A stretch of DNA of 64,000 nt from Methanomethylovorans hollandica DSM 15978 (GCF_000328665.1 NC_019977.1:2224011-2288010); one strand, 5' to 3'; shown: positions 18,842-30,239, counted from the first letter of the stretch. Notes: a model not told the origin generated them from the sequence alone. Program-made: numbers and translations.

Positions 18842-20005
18842 TTATTTCTCCTCCTCAAAAGGCGACATCTGGCGAAGTTTCATGACTGCCTCTTCCAGAT
18901 GGTCTACTGCAATATCGATTTCTTCCATGGTGTTCTCCCTCCCCAGGGTGAACCTCAGCGAACCATGGATGTAATCGACACCTGGATCTATGGCTGTAAG
19001 TACATGAGAAGCTTTCTGGGACTTTGAGGAACATGCAGAGCCGGTGGAAACGGCAACACCTTTCATATCAAGAAGCATAAGCAATGATTCGCCTTCCACA
19101 TGTCTGAAACTCATGTTGACATTATTTGGAAGACGCTTTTCTTCATGACCGTTAAGCCTGGCATACGGTATTCTGCTGCGGATGTTGCATATCATAGAAT
19201 CCCGCAGATGTTGCATGTGCCTGGAATCCTCTTCCAGTTGTTCCCTGACAATGGTCATTGCCTTTGCAAAGCCCACAATGCCAGGAATATTCTCTGTACC
19301 CGGACGCAGCCCGCGTTCATGACCACCTCCCTGCACAAGAGGCAGGATATTGACACCACTACGCAAGTACAGGGCTCCCACACCTTTGGGACCATGGAGC
19401 TTGTGGGAAGAGATGGACAGCATATGCACACCCAGTTCATTCACATCAACGCGTATCTTACCCACGGACTGGACAGCATCTGTGTGAAGAACTATCCTCC
19501 GCCCTTCTATGAGCTCACTTATTTCCTTTATGGGCTGGATAGTTCCAATTTCATTATTGGCATGCATTATACTTATGAGAATGGTATCTTCTCTTATGGA
19601 ATCCTCAAGCAACTGCATATTCAGTATGCCTTCATTATCCACTGGCACATATGTAACTTCGAAACCCTCTCTTTCAAGCTGCTCGCAGGTGCGTAATACT
19701 GCCGGATGTTCTATAATGGAAGTGATGATATGCCTGCCCCGGGAAGAACACATGTATGCAGCACCTTTTATTGCCATGTTATCAGATTCAGTGCCACCTG
19801 ATGTAAAAATAATCTCCTGCGGCTCAGCACCCAGTGCTGCAGCTATCTGTTCCCGGGATGAGGAAAGTGCTTCTGCAGCTTCCAGGCCAAAAGAGTGCAA
19901 ACTGGAAGCATTACCGAACTTTTCACTAAAATAAGGGAGCATGACATCGAGAACCCTGGCATCCACATGCGTGGTTGCACTGTGATCCAGATATATACGT
20001 TTCAT
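18842..20005 (-). CDS. iscS: cysteine desulfurase
   Basis: YLDHSATT, FTSGGTESDN, SSHKLHGPKG (PLP Lys) and STGSAC (catalytic Cys). Confidence 0.96.
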   Translation of the reverse strand: MKRIYLDHSATTHVDARVLDVMLPYFSEKFGNASSLHSFGLEAAEALSSSREQIAAALGAEPQEIIFTSGGTESDNMAIKGAAYMCSSRGRHIITSIIEHPAVLRTCEQLEREGFEVTYVPVDNEGILNMQLLEDSIREDTILISIMHANNEIGTIQPIKEISELIEGRRIVLHTDAVQSVGKIRVDVNELGVHMLSISSHKLHGPKGVGALYLRSGVNILPLVQGGGHERGLRPGTENIPGIVGFAKAMTIVREQLEEDSRHMQHLRDSMICNIRSRIPYARLNGHEEKRLPNNVNMSFRHVEGESLLMLLDMKGVAVSTGSACSSKSQKASHVLTAIDPGVDYIHGSLRFTLGRENTMEEIDIAVDHLEEAVMKLRQMSPFEEEK

Positions 20006-20078
20006 ACTGCACCTTATGAATAATTGATGGATCTACTCATTCCCACTAAATATAAGATTTACAGTTGATTGAGAGTGT

Positions 20079-20387
20079 TTAATCTTTTATCTGCTCTGGA
20101 GAAAAACCCCTTTCAATAAGAACGTCTTTCATGCGAGACAGGTGGTTGCCCTGCAACTCAACAGCATTATCCCTTACAGTTCCACCACAAGCAAACTTGG
20201 ATTTAAGATAGGTAGATAGTTCATGAAGATCTATCTCGTGTGCATCAAAGCCTTCTACAACAGTTACTTCTTTACCATATCTTCTTCTGTTGACCTTCAC
20301 GGTAATTCTTTGCTGCTCTTTTGCTACTTCTTCGCAGATGCACAATTCCATTGGCAATCCACACACAGGGCACATCTCTGAACTCAT
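20079..20387 (-). CDS. translation initiation factor aIF1 (SUI1/YciH)
   Basis: [34 protein letters not shown]. Confidence 0.95.
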   Translation of the reverse strand: MSSEMCPVCGLPMELCICEEVAKEQQRITVKVNRRRYGKEVTVVEGFDAHEIDLHELSTYLKSKFACGGTVRDNAVELQGNHLSRMKDVLIERGFSPEQIKD

Positions 20388-20464
20388 CTAGTGACATTTC
20401 CTCCAAGATCATTAAACATGTTGACCATAAACTATACTTAAACAGTCGTATAAACTAAACAGCA

Positions 20465-20818
20465 ATGATATTAAAACCTAGTGGTAAATTAATCGCATCT
20501 GACATTGAATTTGCAGAAGGTTTAATAAGCCAGTCAAAGGGGCTCATGTTCCGAAAAGGCATTGCAGAAAGATATGCACTTGTTTTCATACTGTCCGCAC
20601 CACGATCTGTTTCTGTACACATGCTTTTTGTTTTTTTTCCAATTGACATAATATTTCTGGACTCTGATAAGAAAATACTTGCATTAAAGACATTGAAACC
20701 TTGGATAGGACTGACAAGATCTCCCCAAAGAACAAAATATATTATCGAAATGCATTCTGGTTCTATAGAACGCCATAAGCTTTGTCCCGGAGACAGCATC
20801 AAGATCGATCGTTCCTGA
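20465..20818 (+). CDS. DUF192 family protein
   Basis: KGLMFR, HMLFVFFPIDIIFLD, YIIE. Confidence 0.85.
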   Translation: MILKPSGKLIASDIEFAEGLISQSKGLMFRKGIAERYALVFILSAPRSVSVHMLFVFFPIDIIFLDSDKKILALKTLKPWIGLTRSPQRTKYIIEMHSGSIERHKLCPGDSIKIDRS

Positions 20819-20926
20819 ACAGACAAATGGGACGTATTTATGTCAATTTTTGAAGGAATCTTTTTTAAACTTGAGTGCTTTTAAGCCTACAGAAATACAG
20901 AAATGAATAGGATTCTGAGGCACATA

Positions 20927-23074
20927 ATGTTACCAGAGAACGATTTCAAGCTTATAACCGAAGAAATGGGAAGAGAACCCAATATTGTGGAACAGGGATG
21001 TTTCCTCAATTTGTGGAGCGAGCATTGTTCATATCGCTCCAGCGGACCTTTACTTAAGACTTTTACCACAACCGGAGAGAAAGTGATCATCGGACCGGGG
21101 GATGATGCAGCCATTGTGGACTTTGAAGACGGCTGGGTGCTTGCAATTGGCATGGAAAGTCATAACCACCCATCATATGTGGACCCGCATAACGGCGCTG
21201 CAACCGGAGTGGGAGGCATTGTAAGGGACATTATATCCATGGGTGCGAGACCCATAGCCCTTATGGACCCCCTATATTTCGGACCTCTGAACACTCCCAA
21301 AAACCTATACCTTTTTGAACATATTATAGAAGGTATCGCAAGCTATGGCAACTGCATAGGTGTGCCCGTAGTAAGAGGAGAAGCATTTTTTGATGAAACC
21401 TACAGTGGCAACCCCCTTGTCAACGTTGCATGCATTGGGCTTGCAAGGAAAGACAGCATAGTGACGGCAAAGGCCCAACAGGCTGGAAATAAGATGATCC
21501 TCATGGGATCCACCACTGGAAGGGACGGGCTGGGAGGTGCATCCTTCGCCTCCAGGGACCTATCCGAGAGTTCCGAAGCAGAGGACAGGCCCAGTATCCA
21601 GATAGGTGATCCATTCACAGAGAAACTGCTCATAGAAGCTACACTGGAAGTAGTCGGAGCAGGTTATGCTAAAGCTTGCAGAGACCTGGGAGCAGCAGGC
21701 CTTGCAGGAGCCAGTTCCGAGATGGCATCGAAAGGGGATCTGGGAATGCATATAATCGCTGATAATGTAATACTCAGAGAAAAAGGCATGATCCCTTACG
21801 AGATCCTCATTGCAGAATCCCAGGAGCGTATGCTCTTTGAGGTAGAACCGCAGAACGTGGAAGCTGTATTGGCCATAGCTAAGAAATATGACCTCAATGC
21901 CAGCATGATAGGAGAGCTTACTGAGAGACCATATTACACAGTGGATTTCAAGGGAGAGACTGTTGTCGACATTCCGATCAAACTGCTTGCTGAAGGTGCA
22001 CCTACCTGTGAAATGCCTGCCAGTTCACCAGCCGAGAAAATATCATGGGAAAAACCAGAGATGCCAGCTGATCTGAAACGGTCCCTTGTGGAAGTGCTTT
22101 CCTCCCACAACGTTGCATCAAAGGAATGGATATACAGGCAATATGATCATGAAGTGCAGATAAGGACCACAGTAAAACCCGGTGATGATGCTTCCGTATT
22201 ACGCATAGAAGGAGACAGAGGAATAATACTCTCCTGCGGCTGCAATCCCAGACATACCATGATAGATCCATATCAGGGAGGGAAAGGTACTGTTTATGAA
22301 AATGCCATGAACATTGCAGTCAAGGGTGGAAAAGGATTGGCTCTCGTGGACTGTCTGAATTTCGGGAACCCGGAAAGGCCCGAAATCTACTGGTACTTCA
22401 AACAAGCCATCCTCGGATTGGGTGATGGTTCAAGGGAACTTGGAATACCCGTTGTGGGGGGGAATGTATCCCTGTACAACGAAAGTGATGAGTTTGATAC
22501 CGCGATCCTCCCCACTCCATCCATAGGGGTCGTGGGAACAACAAATAATGTTGCAGGTACCCCTCTATCCTTATTCGCCAATGAGGGCGATACAATAATA
22601 CTTGTGGGAGAAACACAGGATGAGTTGGGTGGCTCTGAATATTACAGCCTGATGGGTAAGAAGATGGATGGCATTGCTCCAAAAGTGCCTGAGAATGGTA
22701 CGAAGATAGTGGATTCCGTGATCAAAGCAGTGAGTACAGGAAAGGTAACATCCTCCCATGATGTTTCACTAGGCGGATTAGGAATTGCACTCTGTGAGAT
22801 GTGCACATGCATGGGAGCAAATGTGGACCTTAGTAAGGTCTGCGAGGGACTAAGGGCAGATGATGCTCTGTTCTCAGAGTCTTATGTTAGGGCCATCCTG
22901 GCGACCTCTGAACCAAAAGCAATAGAAGAGGCACTGAGGGGAGTAACCTATACAATTATAGGTACTGTGGGCGGCGATAGTTTGAAGATTGGACTTGACG
23001 AGATCTCCATTGAACTCTCAGTTTCCGAGATAAATATTGCAAGAAGCAGTCTCACAAGACAGATGATGGAATAA
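20927..23074 (+). CDS. purL: phosphoribosylformylglycinamidine synthase subunit PurL
   Basis: WSEHCSY, ESHNHPS, DLGAAG, ESQERM and NFGNPE motifs. Confidence 0.97.
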   Translation: MLPENDFKLITEEMGREPNIVEQGCFLNLWSEHCSYRSSGPLLKTFTTTGEKVIIGPGDDAAIVDFEDGWVLAIGMESHNHPSYVDPHNGAATGVGGIVRDIISMGARPIALMDPLYFGPLNTPKNLYLFEHIIEGIASYGNCIGVPVVRGEAFFDETYSGNPLVNVACIGLARKDSIVTAKAQQAGNKMILMGSTTGRDGLGGASFASRDLSESSEAEDRPSIQIGDPFTEKLLIEATLEVVGAGYAKACRDLGAAGLAGASSEMASKGDLGMHIIADNVILREKGMIPYEILIAESQERMLFEVEPQNVEAVLAIAKKYDLNASMIGELTERPYYTVDFKGETVVDIPIKLLAEGAPTCEMPASSPAEKISWEKPEMPADLKRSLVEVLSSHNVASKEWIYRQYDHEVQIRTTVKPGDDASVLRIEGDRGIILSCGCNPRHTMIDPYQGGKGTVYENAMNIAVKGGKGLALVDCLNFGNPERPEIYWYFKQAILGLGDGSRELGIPVVGGNVSLYNESDEFDTAILPTPSIGVVGTTNNVAGTPLSLFANEGDTIILVGETQDELGGSEYYSLMGKKMDGIAPKVPENGTKIVDSVIKAVSTGKVTSSHDVSLGGLGIALCEMCTCMGANVDLSKVCEGLRADDALFSESYVRAILATSEPKAIEEALRGVTYTIIGTVGGDSLKIGLDEISIELSVSEINIARSSLTRQMME

Positions 23075-23093
23075 AAAAGATATAAAATAATAA

Positions 23094-23121
23094 ATGGTCA
23101 GGTCTTTGAAAGACTGACCAT
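23094..23121. terminator. hairpin between convergent purL and DUF378 genes
   Basis: ATGGTCAGGTCTTT-G-AAAGACTGACCAT. Confidence 0.5.
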
Positions 23122-23123
23122 AT

Positions 23124-23321
23124 TTATTTCTTGGTTGCATAATAGATTATATACAATGCGGACAGACCTACAAGGATGTAAACGATCCTTGCTATGATGC
23201 TGTAGCCGAATATAAGTGCCACCAGATTTAGATCCTGGGATATCCCGAAGAGCCCCCAATTCAGGCCTCCGATTACAACCAAGACTAATGCTATCCAGTC
23301 TAACGTACTTTTCTCTGCCAA
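23124..23321 (-). CDS. DUF378 small membrane protein
   Basis: LDWIALVLVVIGGLNWGLFG...IVYILVGLSALY; TTG start after GGTGAG RBS. Confidence 0.88.
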   Translation of the reverse strand: MAEKSTLDWIALVLVVIGGLNWGLFGISQDLNLVALIFGYSIIARIVYILVGLSALYIIYYATKK

Positions 23322-23444
23322 AAACTCACCCCCATGGTTTTGGTTAATAGAAGTATGTATAGCGCCCAATATAAAAGATTTGACCACATCTGCCAGAGAG
23401 ATTTTTGGCTGAGAGATAAATTAGTAAGATGCTTACAAATTACA

Positions 23445-23515
23445 GGTTCTACAGAAATACTCATGAATATACCAGCATCAACAATAACCACAGAGAACAC
23501 GGAGTTCACAGAAAA
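23445..23515 (+). repeat. partial second copy (left half) of the MITE-like element at 12585
   Basis: GGTTCTACAGAAATACTCATGAATATACCAGCATCAACAATAACCACAGAGAACAC aligns with AGCTCTGTAGAAATCATCATGAATATATCACATCAGCAACAACCGCAGAGAACAC. Confidence 0.6.
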
Positions 23516-23568
23516 ACTACAGCAATTTTCCCCTATACTATCGAAAATTAAAAAAATATTTCTTGCTT

Positions 23569-24351
23569 TCAAGCAAGACCCCTTTTTCTGGGAATTATAT
23601 GCGTATCTACGTTTTTGCCATAAGGACAAGCAAGATTACATATTGTACACTCCATAAATCCACGTTCTGTTATTCTGCGGATATGCTTCTCCCATTTATG
23701 ATCTATATCCTTTTCAAGTTCATGTGCTACCACACATTTATCATATATCACTTTTTCACCTGGTGGAACTCCCTGGGACGGACCGGGAATAATTGCACCA
23801 TAGGGACATGCTTTTACGCATAATGATTCCTTCTGACACAGTGGTTGTTCTGCACATAGGTTCCGAGAGAAGGGCTGGTTGGGAATTAGTTCAGCGGTAG
23901 TGAGCAAAGCTATCCAGCGTACCCTTGGACCATATTCTGGGGTTATCACCTGGGTATTATGGCCTATGAAACCAAGGCCTGCAAGATAAGCTGCCACTTT
24001 CACATGAACTGAATGGGTGGGAGCTGCCTTTATACTTTTATCATCCCATAGCCATTGAGCCAGTCTCCATGCACGTGTTTCCACTGTCTCGTAATATAGA
24101 TTATAATACTCTGCTTCGCCCCCGCTAAAATCACCGGTCCCTGGAGTGCTTATTGCAGCATTCATGCCTTCGTCCCAGATCACCATACCCAGAACGATAA
24201 GTGATTTGGCATCCGGCATAAATTCAGAAGGCTTTACAAGCCCACGTCCGGGTGGAAACTCGACATCCTCCATTCTGTTTATGTCTGAAACACCGAAAAG
24301 CTGGAATCCCTTTTCCATAGCTTTACTTCGTATTTCCTCTTTCAGATCCAA
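23569..24351 (-). CDS. epoxyqueuosine reductase (QueG)/reductive dehalogenase-like cobalamin- and Fe-S-dependent protein
   Basis: AAYLAGLGFIGHN...ITPEYGPRVRW motif and two Fe-S motifs (C...C...CVKACP; CTICNLACP); probable TTG start 24351. Confidence 0.8.
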   Translation of the reverse strand: MDLKEEIRSKAMEKGFQLFGVSDINRMEDVEFPPGRGLVKPSEFMPDAKSLIVLGMVIWDEGMNAAISTPGTGDFSGGEAEYYNLYYETVETRAWRLAQWLWDDKSIKAAPTHSVHVKVAAYLAGLGFIGHNTQVITPEYGPRVRWIALLTTAELIPNQPFSRNLCAEQPLCQKESLCVKACPYGAIIPGPSQGVPPGEKVIYDKCVVAHELEKDIDHKWEKHIRRITERGFMECTICNLACPYGKNVDTHIIPRKRGLA

Positions 24352-24485
24352 TGTTTGTCTCCTGCAGAAAATTGCGCCTGCATAGTAAACAGCAATATGG
24401 GAGTATATAAAAAAAAGCAAGTGTAATTTTCAATACCCATGATAATCTTCAAGAGGCATGATAATATTAAGATAATATATCTGGG

Positions 24486-25137
24486 CTATGGATCGCTTTC
24501 CTTTACAACTTCTACATACAGTTCTTTCAGGTTGGTAGAGATAGGGTTTGATCTCAACAATTGTGCGAAGTAGGTTAGATTGTATACCATATACCTGACC
24601 GTTCTGATAGTATACAGATGCCTATCACCACCTGCTGCAATGTAGCTCGGCCCCGGTCATGCCGGCCCCACCCAGTAGCTGTCCACATTTGGGGTACCGT
24701 GCAGCCCAGATGTGTAAGGTTGAGCAGAGTATTGGCAGCTACATCATGTGCTCCATCCTAATTGCCGGTAATAAGCACACCTGCAACCTTTCCGTAGAGA
24801 GGAAACTGACCAGTCTGCGGATCTGACTCCTAATAGGTCCCTTCCAGCCTCTCGATCACCATCTGTACCACAGAGGACCTGACACCGAACCAAATGGGAG
24901 AACACATCACAAGGATATCGCATGCCTTTATCTTTGCAAGTATCAGCGGCCATTAATCGCCTTGACCTTCATCTGAAGAAACACCAAATAGATTTTTATA
25001 GTCCACGATCCGTGTCACTCACTTTCCACCCCCATATCTGAAAAAAGCCCGACAGCCTTGTCTATCAATGTTTGTGTGTTAGAGATCTATGGTTATCTCT
25101 TCAAAGTACAGTTCAGAAATAAAACCTTTAACCCCAT
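24486..25137 (-). pseudogene. decayed flavodoxin-like NAD(P)H-dependent FMN reductase (WrbA/multimeric flavodoxin family)
   Basis: Manual translation: MGLKVLFLNCTLKR*P*ISNT...DILVMCSPIWFGVRSS...YGKVAGVLITGN*DGAH...YWVGPA*PGPSY. Six in-frame stops and two frameshifts. Confidence 0.85.
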
Positions 25138-25285
25138 AACAATATAAGTAATAGAATCTGTTAAAAAGATTTACCCCTTACCTATCATATATTAGCAAGT
25201 GACCACAACATGCATTTTTATGCATTAGATAAAAATAAATACCTATAATCGGACTATATATGAGATTCAATTATAGGATGACATC

Positions 25286-27523
25286 ATGGACGAAGTACAG
25301 ATCAAGGTTGAAAAAGCACACCCGAACGATTTCGGACGCGGCATCATTCGTCTGGACCCAAGCACTCTTCTGAGCCTGCAGCTCTCCCCGGGAGACATAG
25401 TAGAAATAACCGGTAAGAGAAAAACATGCGCTAAAGTTTGGAGAGCAGACCGGCAGGATTGGGGACAGGGTATTATCAGGATAGATGGATTCATCCGTCA
25501 AAACGCAGGAGTTAGTATAGGAGAAAGAGTTACCGTCAAAAAAGCGGAATTTGAGACTGCCGCACACCTAATACTTGCTCCCCCGGAAGGCGTGGTGATG
25601 GAGTATGGAGACCATATTAGAGAGATCATAAAAAGAAACATACTTAAGAGGCCTTTTGTTGTGGGTGACGTGATACCCATCATAAGTTCCATGACGCAGC
25701 CAATGGCAAGCCAGCCCACTGGAGGACAGGCAATACCCCTTATAGCTGTTGAGGCCGAACCGCATGATTCAGTGCTTATCGTCACTGAGATCACAGATAT
25801 AGAACTGCGCCAGAAGCCTGTCAGAGGCTATGAAAGCGCAGCCAGAGGCATCACCTACGATGATATAGGGGGACTCGGAGATGAGATACAGAGAGTAAGG
25901 GAAATGATAGAACTGCCCCTTAAACATCCTGAACTCTTCCAGCGTTTGAACATCGAGCCTCCGAAGGGAATCATATTATACGGCCCTCCCGGAACGGGAA
26001 AGACCCTTATAGCCAAGGCAGTGGCAAATGAATCCAAAGCAAATTTCCTCTACATCGCAGGTCCTGAGATCATGGGAAAGTACTATGGTGAAAGCGAAGA
26101 GCGTATCCGTAAAATCTTTGAAGAGGCTGAAGAAGATGCACCATCCATAGTATTCATTGATGAGATAGACTCCATTGCTCCAAAAAGGCAGAACGTCACC
26201 GGAGAAGTAGAACGCCGTGTGGTGGCCCAGTTACTTACGATGATGGATGGACTGGAAGAGCGTGGACAAGTAGTGGTGATCGGAGCCACGAACCGGCTGG
26301 ATGCTATTGATCCTGCACTGCGCAGGCCGGGAAGGTTCGACAGAGAGATAGAGATCGGCGTCCCAGATGCCGAAGGACGGCTTGAAATCCTCCAGATCCA
26401 TACAAGGGGCGTACCCTTGGGAAGCGATGCTGATGAGAAGTACCTTGAGGATATAGCAAAGAACACGCAGGCATTCGTAGGTGCCGATCTGCTGGCCCTT
26501 GTACAGGAAGCTGCTATGCGGGCATTAAGGAGAGTATTGCCTGACCTCAACCTTGAAGATGACCTGATCCCCCAGGAAAAACTGGAACAGATAATGCTGA
26601 CCCGATCAGACTTTGAGAATGCTCTAAGAGAGATCGGACCTTCTGCAATGCGTGAAGTGTTGGTGGAGATACCATCTGTGAAATGGGCTGATGTGGGAGG
26701 ACTGGACATTGTCAAACAAGAGATCATAGAAGCTGTGGAATGGCCCATCACAAAGCCCGAGAAGTTCGTAGAGATGGGTATAAAGCCTCCGAAAGGGATA
26801 CTGCTGTTCGGACCACCAGGCACAGGTAAAACCCTTGTAGCCCAGGCCGTGGCCAATGAATCCAATGCCAATTTTATCAGTATCAAAGGACCTGAGATGC
26901 TGTCAAAATGGGTGGGAGAGTCTGAACGTGCTATCAGAGAGATCTTCAAGAAGGCAAGGCAGGTAGCTCCATGCGTGGTATTCTTCGATGAGATAGATTC
27001 CATTGCATCTGCAAGAAGTTCCATGTCCGAGGATGGAAAGGTCTCTGAAAGGGTCGTGAACCAGTTACTTACTGAACTTGACGGCCTCGAAGCTTTGAAG
27101 GAGATAGTGGTCATTGCTGCAACCAACAGGCCAGACATGATAGATCCTGCCTTGTTGCGCGCAGGAAGGTTTGACAGGCTTGTGCTTGTGGGGCAGTCCA
27201 CAAGAGAAGGAAGGAGAAGCATCTTCCAGATACACACAAGAAACATACCTCTTGCAAGCAACGTATCTATTGATGAACTAGCGAACATCACGGAAGGATA
27301 CGTGGGCGCAGATATTGAAGCTGTATGCAGGGAGGCTGTTATGCTGGCCCTGAGAGAGGACTTCGATATAGAGAACATAGACATGAAGTATTTCATGGAA
27401 GCACTGAATAAGGTAAGACCCACTCTTTCTGAGAACCTCATGGGCTACTACAAGAAGATACATGAGTTTTTCAAGGGCGGGATGCCGAAAGAAGAAACAA
27501 GTTCTTATATAGGATACAGATAA
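25286..27523 (+). CDS. cdc48: CDC48/VAT family AAA+ ATPase
   Basis: N-domain plus two AAA modules (GPPGTGKT x2, FIDEIDS, RPGRFDR). Confidence 0.97.
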   Translation: MDEVQIKVEKAHPNDFGRGIIRLDPSTLLSLQLSPGDIVEITGKRKTCAKVWRADRQDWGQGIIRIDGFIRQNAGVSIGERVTVKKAEFETAAHLILAPPEGVVMEYGDHIREIIKRNILKRPFVVGDVIPIISSMTQPMASQPTGGQAIPLIAVEAEPHDSVLIVTEITDIELRQKPVRGYESAARGITYDDIGGLGDEIQRVREMIELPLKHPELFQRLNIEPPKGIILYGPPGTGKTLIAKAVANESKANFLYIAGPEIMGKYYGESEERIRKIFEEAEEDAPSIVFIDEIDSIAPKRQNVTGEVERRVVAQLLTMMDGLEERGQVVVIGATNRLDAIDPALRRPGRFDREIEIGVPDAEGRLEILQIHTRGVPLGSDADEKYLEDIAKNTQAFVGADLLALVQEAAMRALRRVLPDLNLEDDLIPQEKLEQIMLTRSDFENALREIGPSAMREVLVEIPSVKWADVGGLDIVKQEIIEAVEWPITKPEKFVEMGIKPPKGILLFGPPGTGKTLVAQAVANESNANFISIKGPEMLSKWVGESERAIREIFKKARQVAPCVVFFDEIDSIASARSSMSEDGKVSERVVNQLLTELDGLEALKEIVVIAATNRPDMIDPALLRAGRFDRLVLVGQSTREGRRSIFQIHTRNIPLASNVSIDELANITEGYVGADIEAVCREAVMLALREDFDIENIDMKYFMEALNKVRPTLSENLMGYYKKIHEFFKGGMPKEETSSYIGYR

Positions 27524-27558
27524 AGATATGAAAAGTTTAGAGTTATCGGGTGAACTAC

Positions 27559-27822
27559 ATGACGAAGGTATTTGCTAAGAACCTCTCCAGCAAACAAGTA
27601 ATGGCTACGGATGGCACTGAACTGGGTGTGCTCTTCAATATAGTCATGGATGGAAAAACAGGAGACCTCATTGACCTTATAGTCAAGCCAGATATGAGCC
27701 TTGACACATCAAAATACAGGACAGATGATCAATATCTTCTCCTTCCATTTACTTCTGTAAGAGCAATTAAAGACTACATAGTAGTAGATAAAAATGCTGT
27801 ATTAGGCAAATCTGTTGAATGA
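27559..27822 (+). CDS. PRC-barrel domain protein
   Basis: KQVMATDGTELG..NIVMD.KTG..LIV...VRAIKDYIVV. Confidence 0.85.
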   Translation: MTKVFAKNLSSKQVMATDGTELGVLFNIVMDGKTGDLIDLIVKPDMSLDTSKYRTDDQYLLLPFTSVRAIKDYIVVDKNAVLGKSVE

Positions 27823-27844
27823 ACAGCTTTTGCCTTTATGTTTT

Positions 27845-28525
27845 TTAGATGAGGCTGCGCCCGCGAAGATAGGCAATACCTTCGGCGGCTCCGGCCCCAT
27901 AAGGCAATGTAGCAGTGTAATCGGCAACTGACCGTAATTCCGGATCCCTGTTGCCTACAGCTATGCCGAAACCTGCCACTTCAAGCATTTCCACATCATT
28001 CACAGAATCACCTATGGCGACAAAATCCTTCGGCTTAAGACCCATCAGCTCTGCAACTTTAATGAGGCCAGTACCTTTGTTCACTTCCCTGCTCTTGATA
28101 TGAATGGCAAAATGTGTGTCAATGATCTCTACGTTAAAGCCATGATCATACAATATCTGCCTGGCAAGTTCCAGATCGAAGTTTCTCCTGAGCACTATCT
28201 CTGTCTTGCGATGTTCAGGGTCCAGTTTAGTTAGCTCAAACTTACCAGAGAGCAGATCAAAAGCCTGTTGACATTCTATCATATATTCGGATACTATTGG
28301 TACCGTATCAAAACCAGGAGAAACTATCCCTCCATTTTCGGCTATAACTATTCCACCCACCCCTATGAGCCTTGCAGCCGCATGTGCATAACAAAGAATA
28401 TTGCCTGTGGAAAGCACCACAGGTACATCATGGGAGCGTAAACTATCAATTGCCACCAAATCAAGGCTTCTGTCCCTGAAAGTGATGGTACCGTCAATAT
28501 CAACTGCAATGGCCTTGAATTTCAT
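27845..28525 (-). CDS. HAD-superfamily phosphoglycolate phosphatase (archaeal type)
   Basis: DIDGT, STGN, NKG and GDSVND motifs. Confidence 0.9.
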   Translation of the reverse strand: MKFKAIAVDIDGTITFRDRSLDLVAIDSLRSHDVPVVLSTGNILCYAHAAARLIGVGGIVIAENGGIVSPGFDTVPIVSEYMIECQQAFDLLSGKFELTKLDPEHRKTEIVLRRNFDLELARQILYDHGFNVEIIDTHFAIHIKSREVNKGTGLIKVAELMGLKPKDFVAIGDSVNDVEMLEVAGFGIAVGNRDPELRSVADYTATLPYGAGAAEGIAYLRGRSLI

Positions 28526-28563
28526 GACAGATTAATTAGAAAAAAAGTTTAAAAACCTGCTGT

Positions 28564-29541
28564 TCAGGGATCACGCAGGCCAGCGGTGGTAACCGAAATA
28601 ACTGCTTCAGCATCCGGAAGGTTCGGAGCATCGACAAGCTTGACTATCCTTTTGTCGCCCTTGGATTTGCGCATATAGAGCCTGAATGTGGAAGTATGGC
28701 CGAGTATGTGCCCCCCTATGGGTTTTGTAGGATCGCCAAAGAAAGCATCCGGTTTTGACATGACCTGATTTGTCACCAGTACTACAGCATTGTTGAGATC
28801 ACCGAATCGCTGGATGTCGTGGAGATGTTTATTGAGCTTTTGCTGCCTGTCGGCAAGGGTTCCCCTGCCGATATACTCTGCTCTGAAATGTGCGGTCAAG
28901 GAGTCAACTATGAGCAGTCTTACCGGTTTGTCAGAATCCTTGAGCTGGTTTGCAAGCTCAGATGCTGCATCCACGAGCAGGATCTGATGGTTCGAGTTGT
29001 ACGCCCTTGCCACATGTATATGTTTGAGGAACTCCTCATAATCATAGTCCTCACCGTATAGCTCTGAAAGGCCATCTACCATCTGCTTGATCCTTTCTGG
29101 TCTGAAGGTGTTCTCAGTATCGATCATTATCACAGAGCCATTCAATCCGCCTTTTTCCTGCGGCAACTGCACATTGACGGCTAACTGATGACCAAGCTGG
29201 GTCTTGCCTGAACCGAACTCACCATAGACTTCAGTTATGGCCTGAGAATCTATCCCGCCTCCCATGATATCATTGAACTCCTTGCAGCCCGTAGAGAGCT
29301 TACCTACCAGTTTCCTGCGTTCCATTACCACATCACCTGTTTCAAAACCACCAATGTCAGCAGCTTTACGGGCTGCCAGGATGATCTTGGCTGCTGTAGA
29401 CTCACCTATATCAGCTGCTGTTGCGAGTTCTGCAGGAGAAGATACAGCAATGGCTTCTACTGTTGAAAAACCTGCGTCTATGAGTTTTTGGGCTGTTGCG
29501 GGACCTACATGGTCCAGATCCTCAAGTAGTGTTTCTGACAT
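28564..29541 (-). CDS. radA: DNA repair and recombination protein RadA
   Basis: N-terminal Hh[10 protein letters not shown] Walker A, LIVDS and GGHILGH; no intein. Confidence 0.97.
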   Translation of the reverse strand: MSETLLEDLDHVGPATAQKLIDAGFSTVEAIAVSSPAELATAADIGESTAAKIILAARKAADIGGFETGDVVMERRKLVGKLSTGCKEFNDIMGGGIDSQAITEVYGEFGSGKTQLGHQLAVNVQLPQEKGGLNGSVIMIDTENTFRPERIKQMVDGLSELYGEDYDYEEFLKHIHVARAYNSNHQILLVDAASELANQLKDSDKPVRLLIVDSLTAHFRAEYIGRGTLADRQQKLNKHLHDIQRFGDLNNAVVLVTNQVMSKPDAFFGDPTKPIGGHILGHTSTFRLYMRKSKGDKRIVKLVDAPNLPDAEAVISVTTAGLRDP

Positions 29542-29737
29542 TTTAATGACTCCTTTATGGTGCACATGTTAACTTCCGGTGCACAATTCGATGACTTATT
29601 GGTCTTTGGAATATATATACATGAAGAGAGCGGAGTGAAAGTAATAATGTCAATAATATATTGATCAATGTTACACTTGGAACAAACTGACATTTTCGGG
29701 CAAACATTTATTTTATAAAATATCCTTTGTACCACCA

Positions 29738-30196
29738 ATGCCCAGGGTAGTAGTTGGTGGAACTTTCGAATGTCTTCATGATGGACATAGGGAGCTTCTA
29801 AAGAAAGCCTTTGAACTTGCAGGCAATGAAGAAGTCCATATCGGACTCACATCCAATGAAATGGCGAACATGCGCCCACGCAAGATACCTGATTACAGTA
29901 TACGGAAAGAAAAGATCATCCGGTACATACACCAAATTACGGTGTGTCAGAAATACACGATCATAGAGCTGAATGATCCTTACGGAAAAACCCTTGAAGA
30001 AGATTATGACTACATTGTGGTCTCCCCGGAAACATATCCTGTTGCCCTTAAGATCAATAAGCTCAGGGCTGAGAAGAACCTGAAGGATATCAATATCGTG
30101 AAAATTGATTACGTTCTCGCCGATGACCAGATACGCATCTCCTCCACAAGGATAGTGCTCGGAGAAATAGACATCCACGGGCGTCTGAAATCTTGA
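29738..30196 (+). CDS. coaD: phosphopantetheine adenylyltransferase (archaeal)
   Basis: VGGTFECLHDGH, IVVSPET, ISSTRI. Confidence 0.9.
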   Translation: MPRVVVGGTFECLHDGHRELLKKAFELAGNEEVHIGLTSNEMANMRPRKIPDYSIRKEKIIRYIHQITVCQKYTIIELNDPYGKTLEEDYDYIVVSPETYPVALKINKLRAEKNLKDINIVKIDYVLADDQIRISSTRIVLGEIDIHGRLKS

Positions 30197-30239
30197 GCTG
30201 GCACATAATTTTATAAACTACTTTTTACAACTAAAACCC

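Noticed and set aside
23334..23657. 107-aa + strand ORF
   Set aside because: Spans the MITE-like repeat copy and overlaps the QueG-like gene antisense; no family features
24486..25137. In-frame TAG codons as possible pyrrolysine read-through
   Set aside because: The same frame also has TAA and TGA stops and frameshifts, so it is a pseudogene
28564..29541. Intein in RadA or Cdc48
   Set aside because: Both proteins are normal length with uninterrupted Walker A regions
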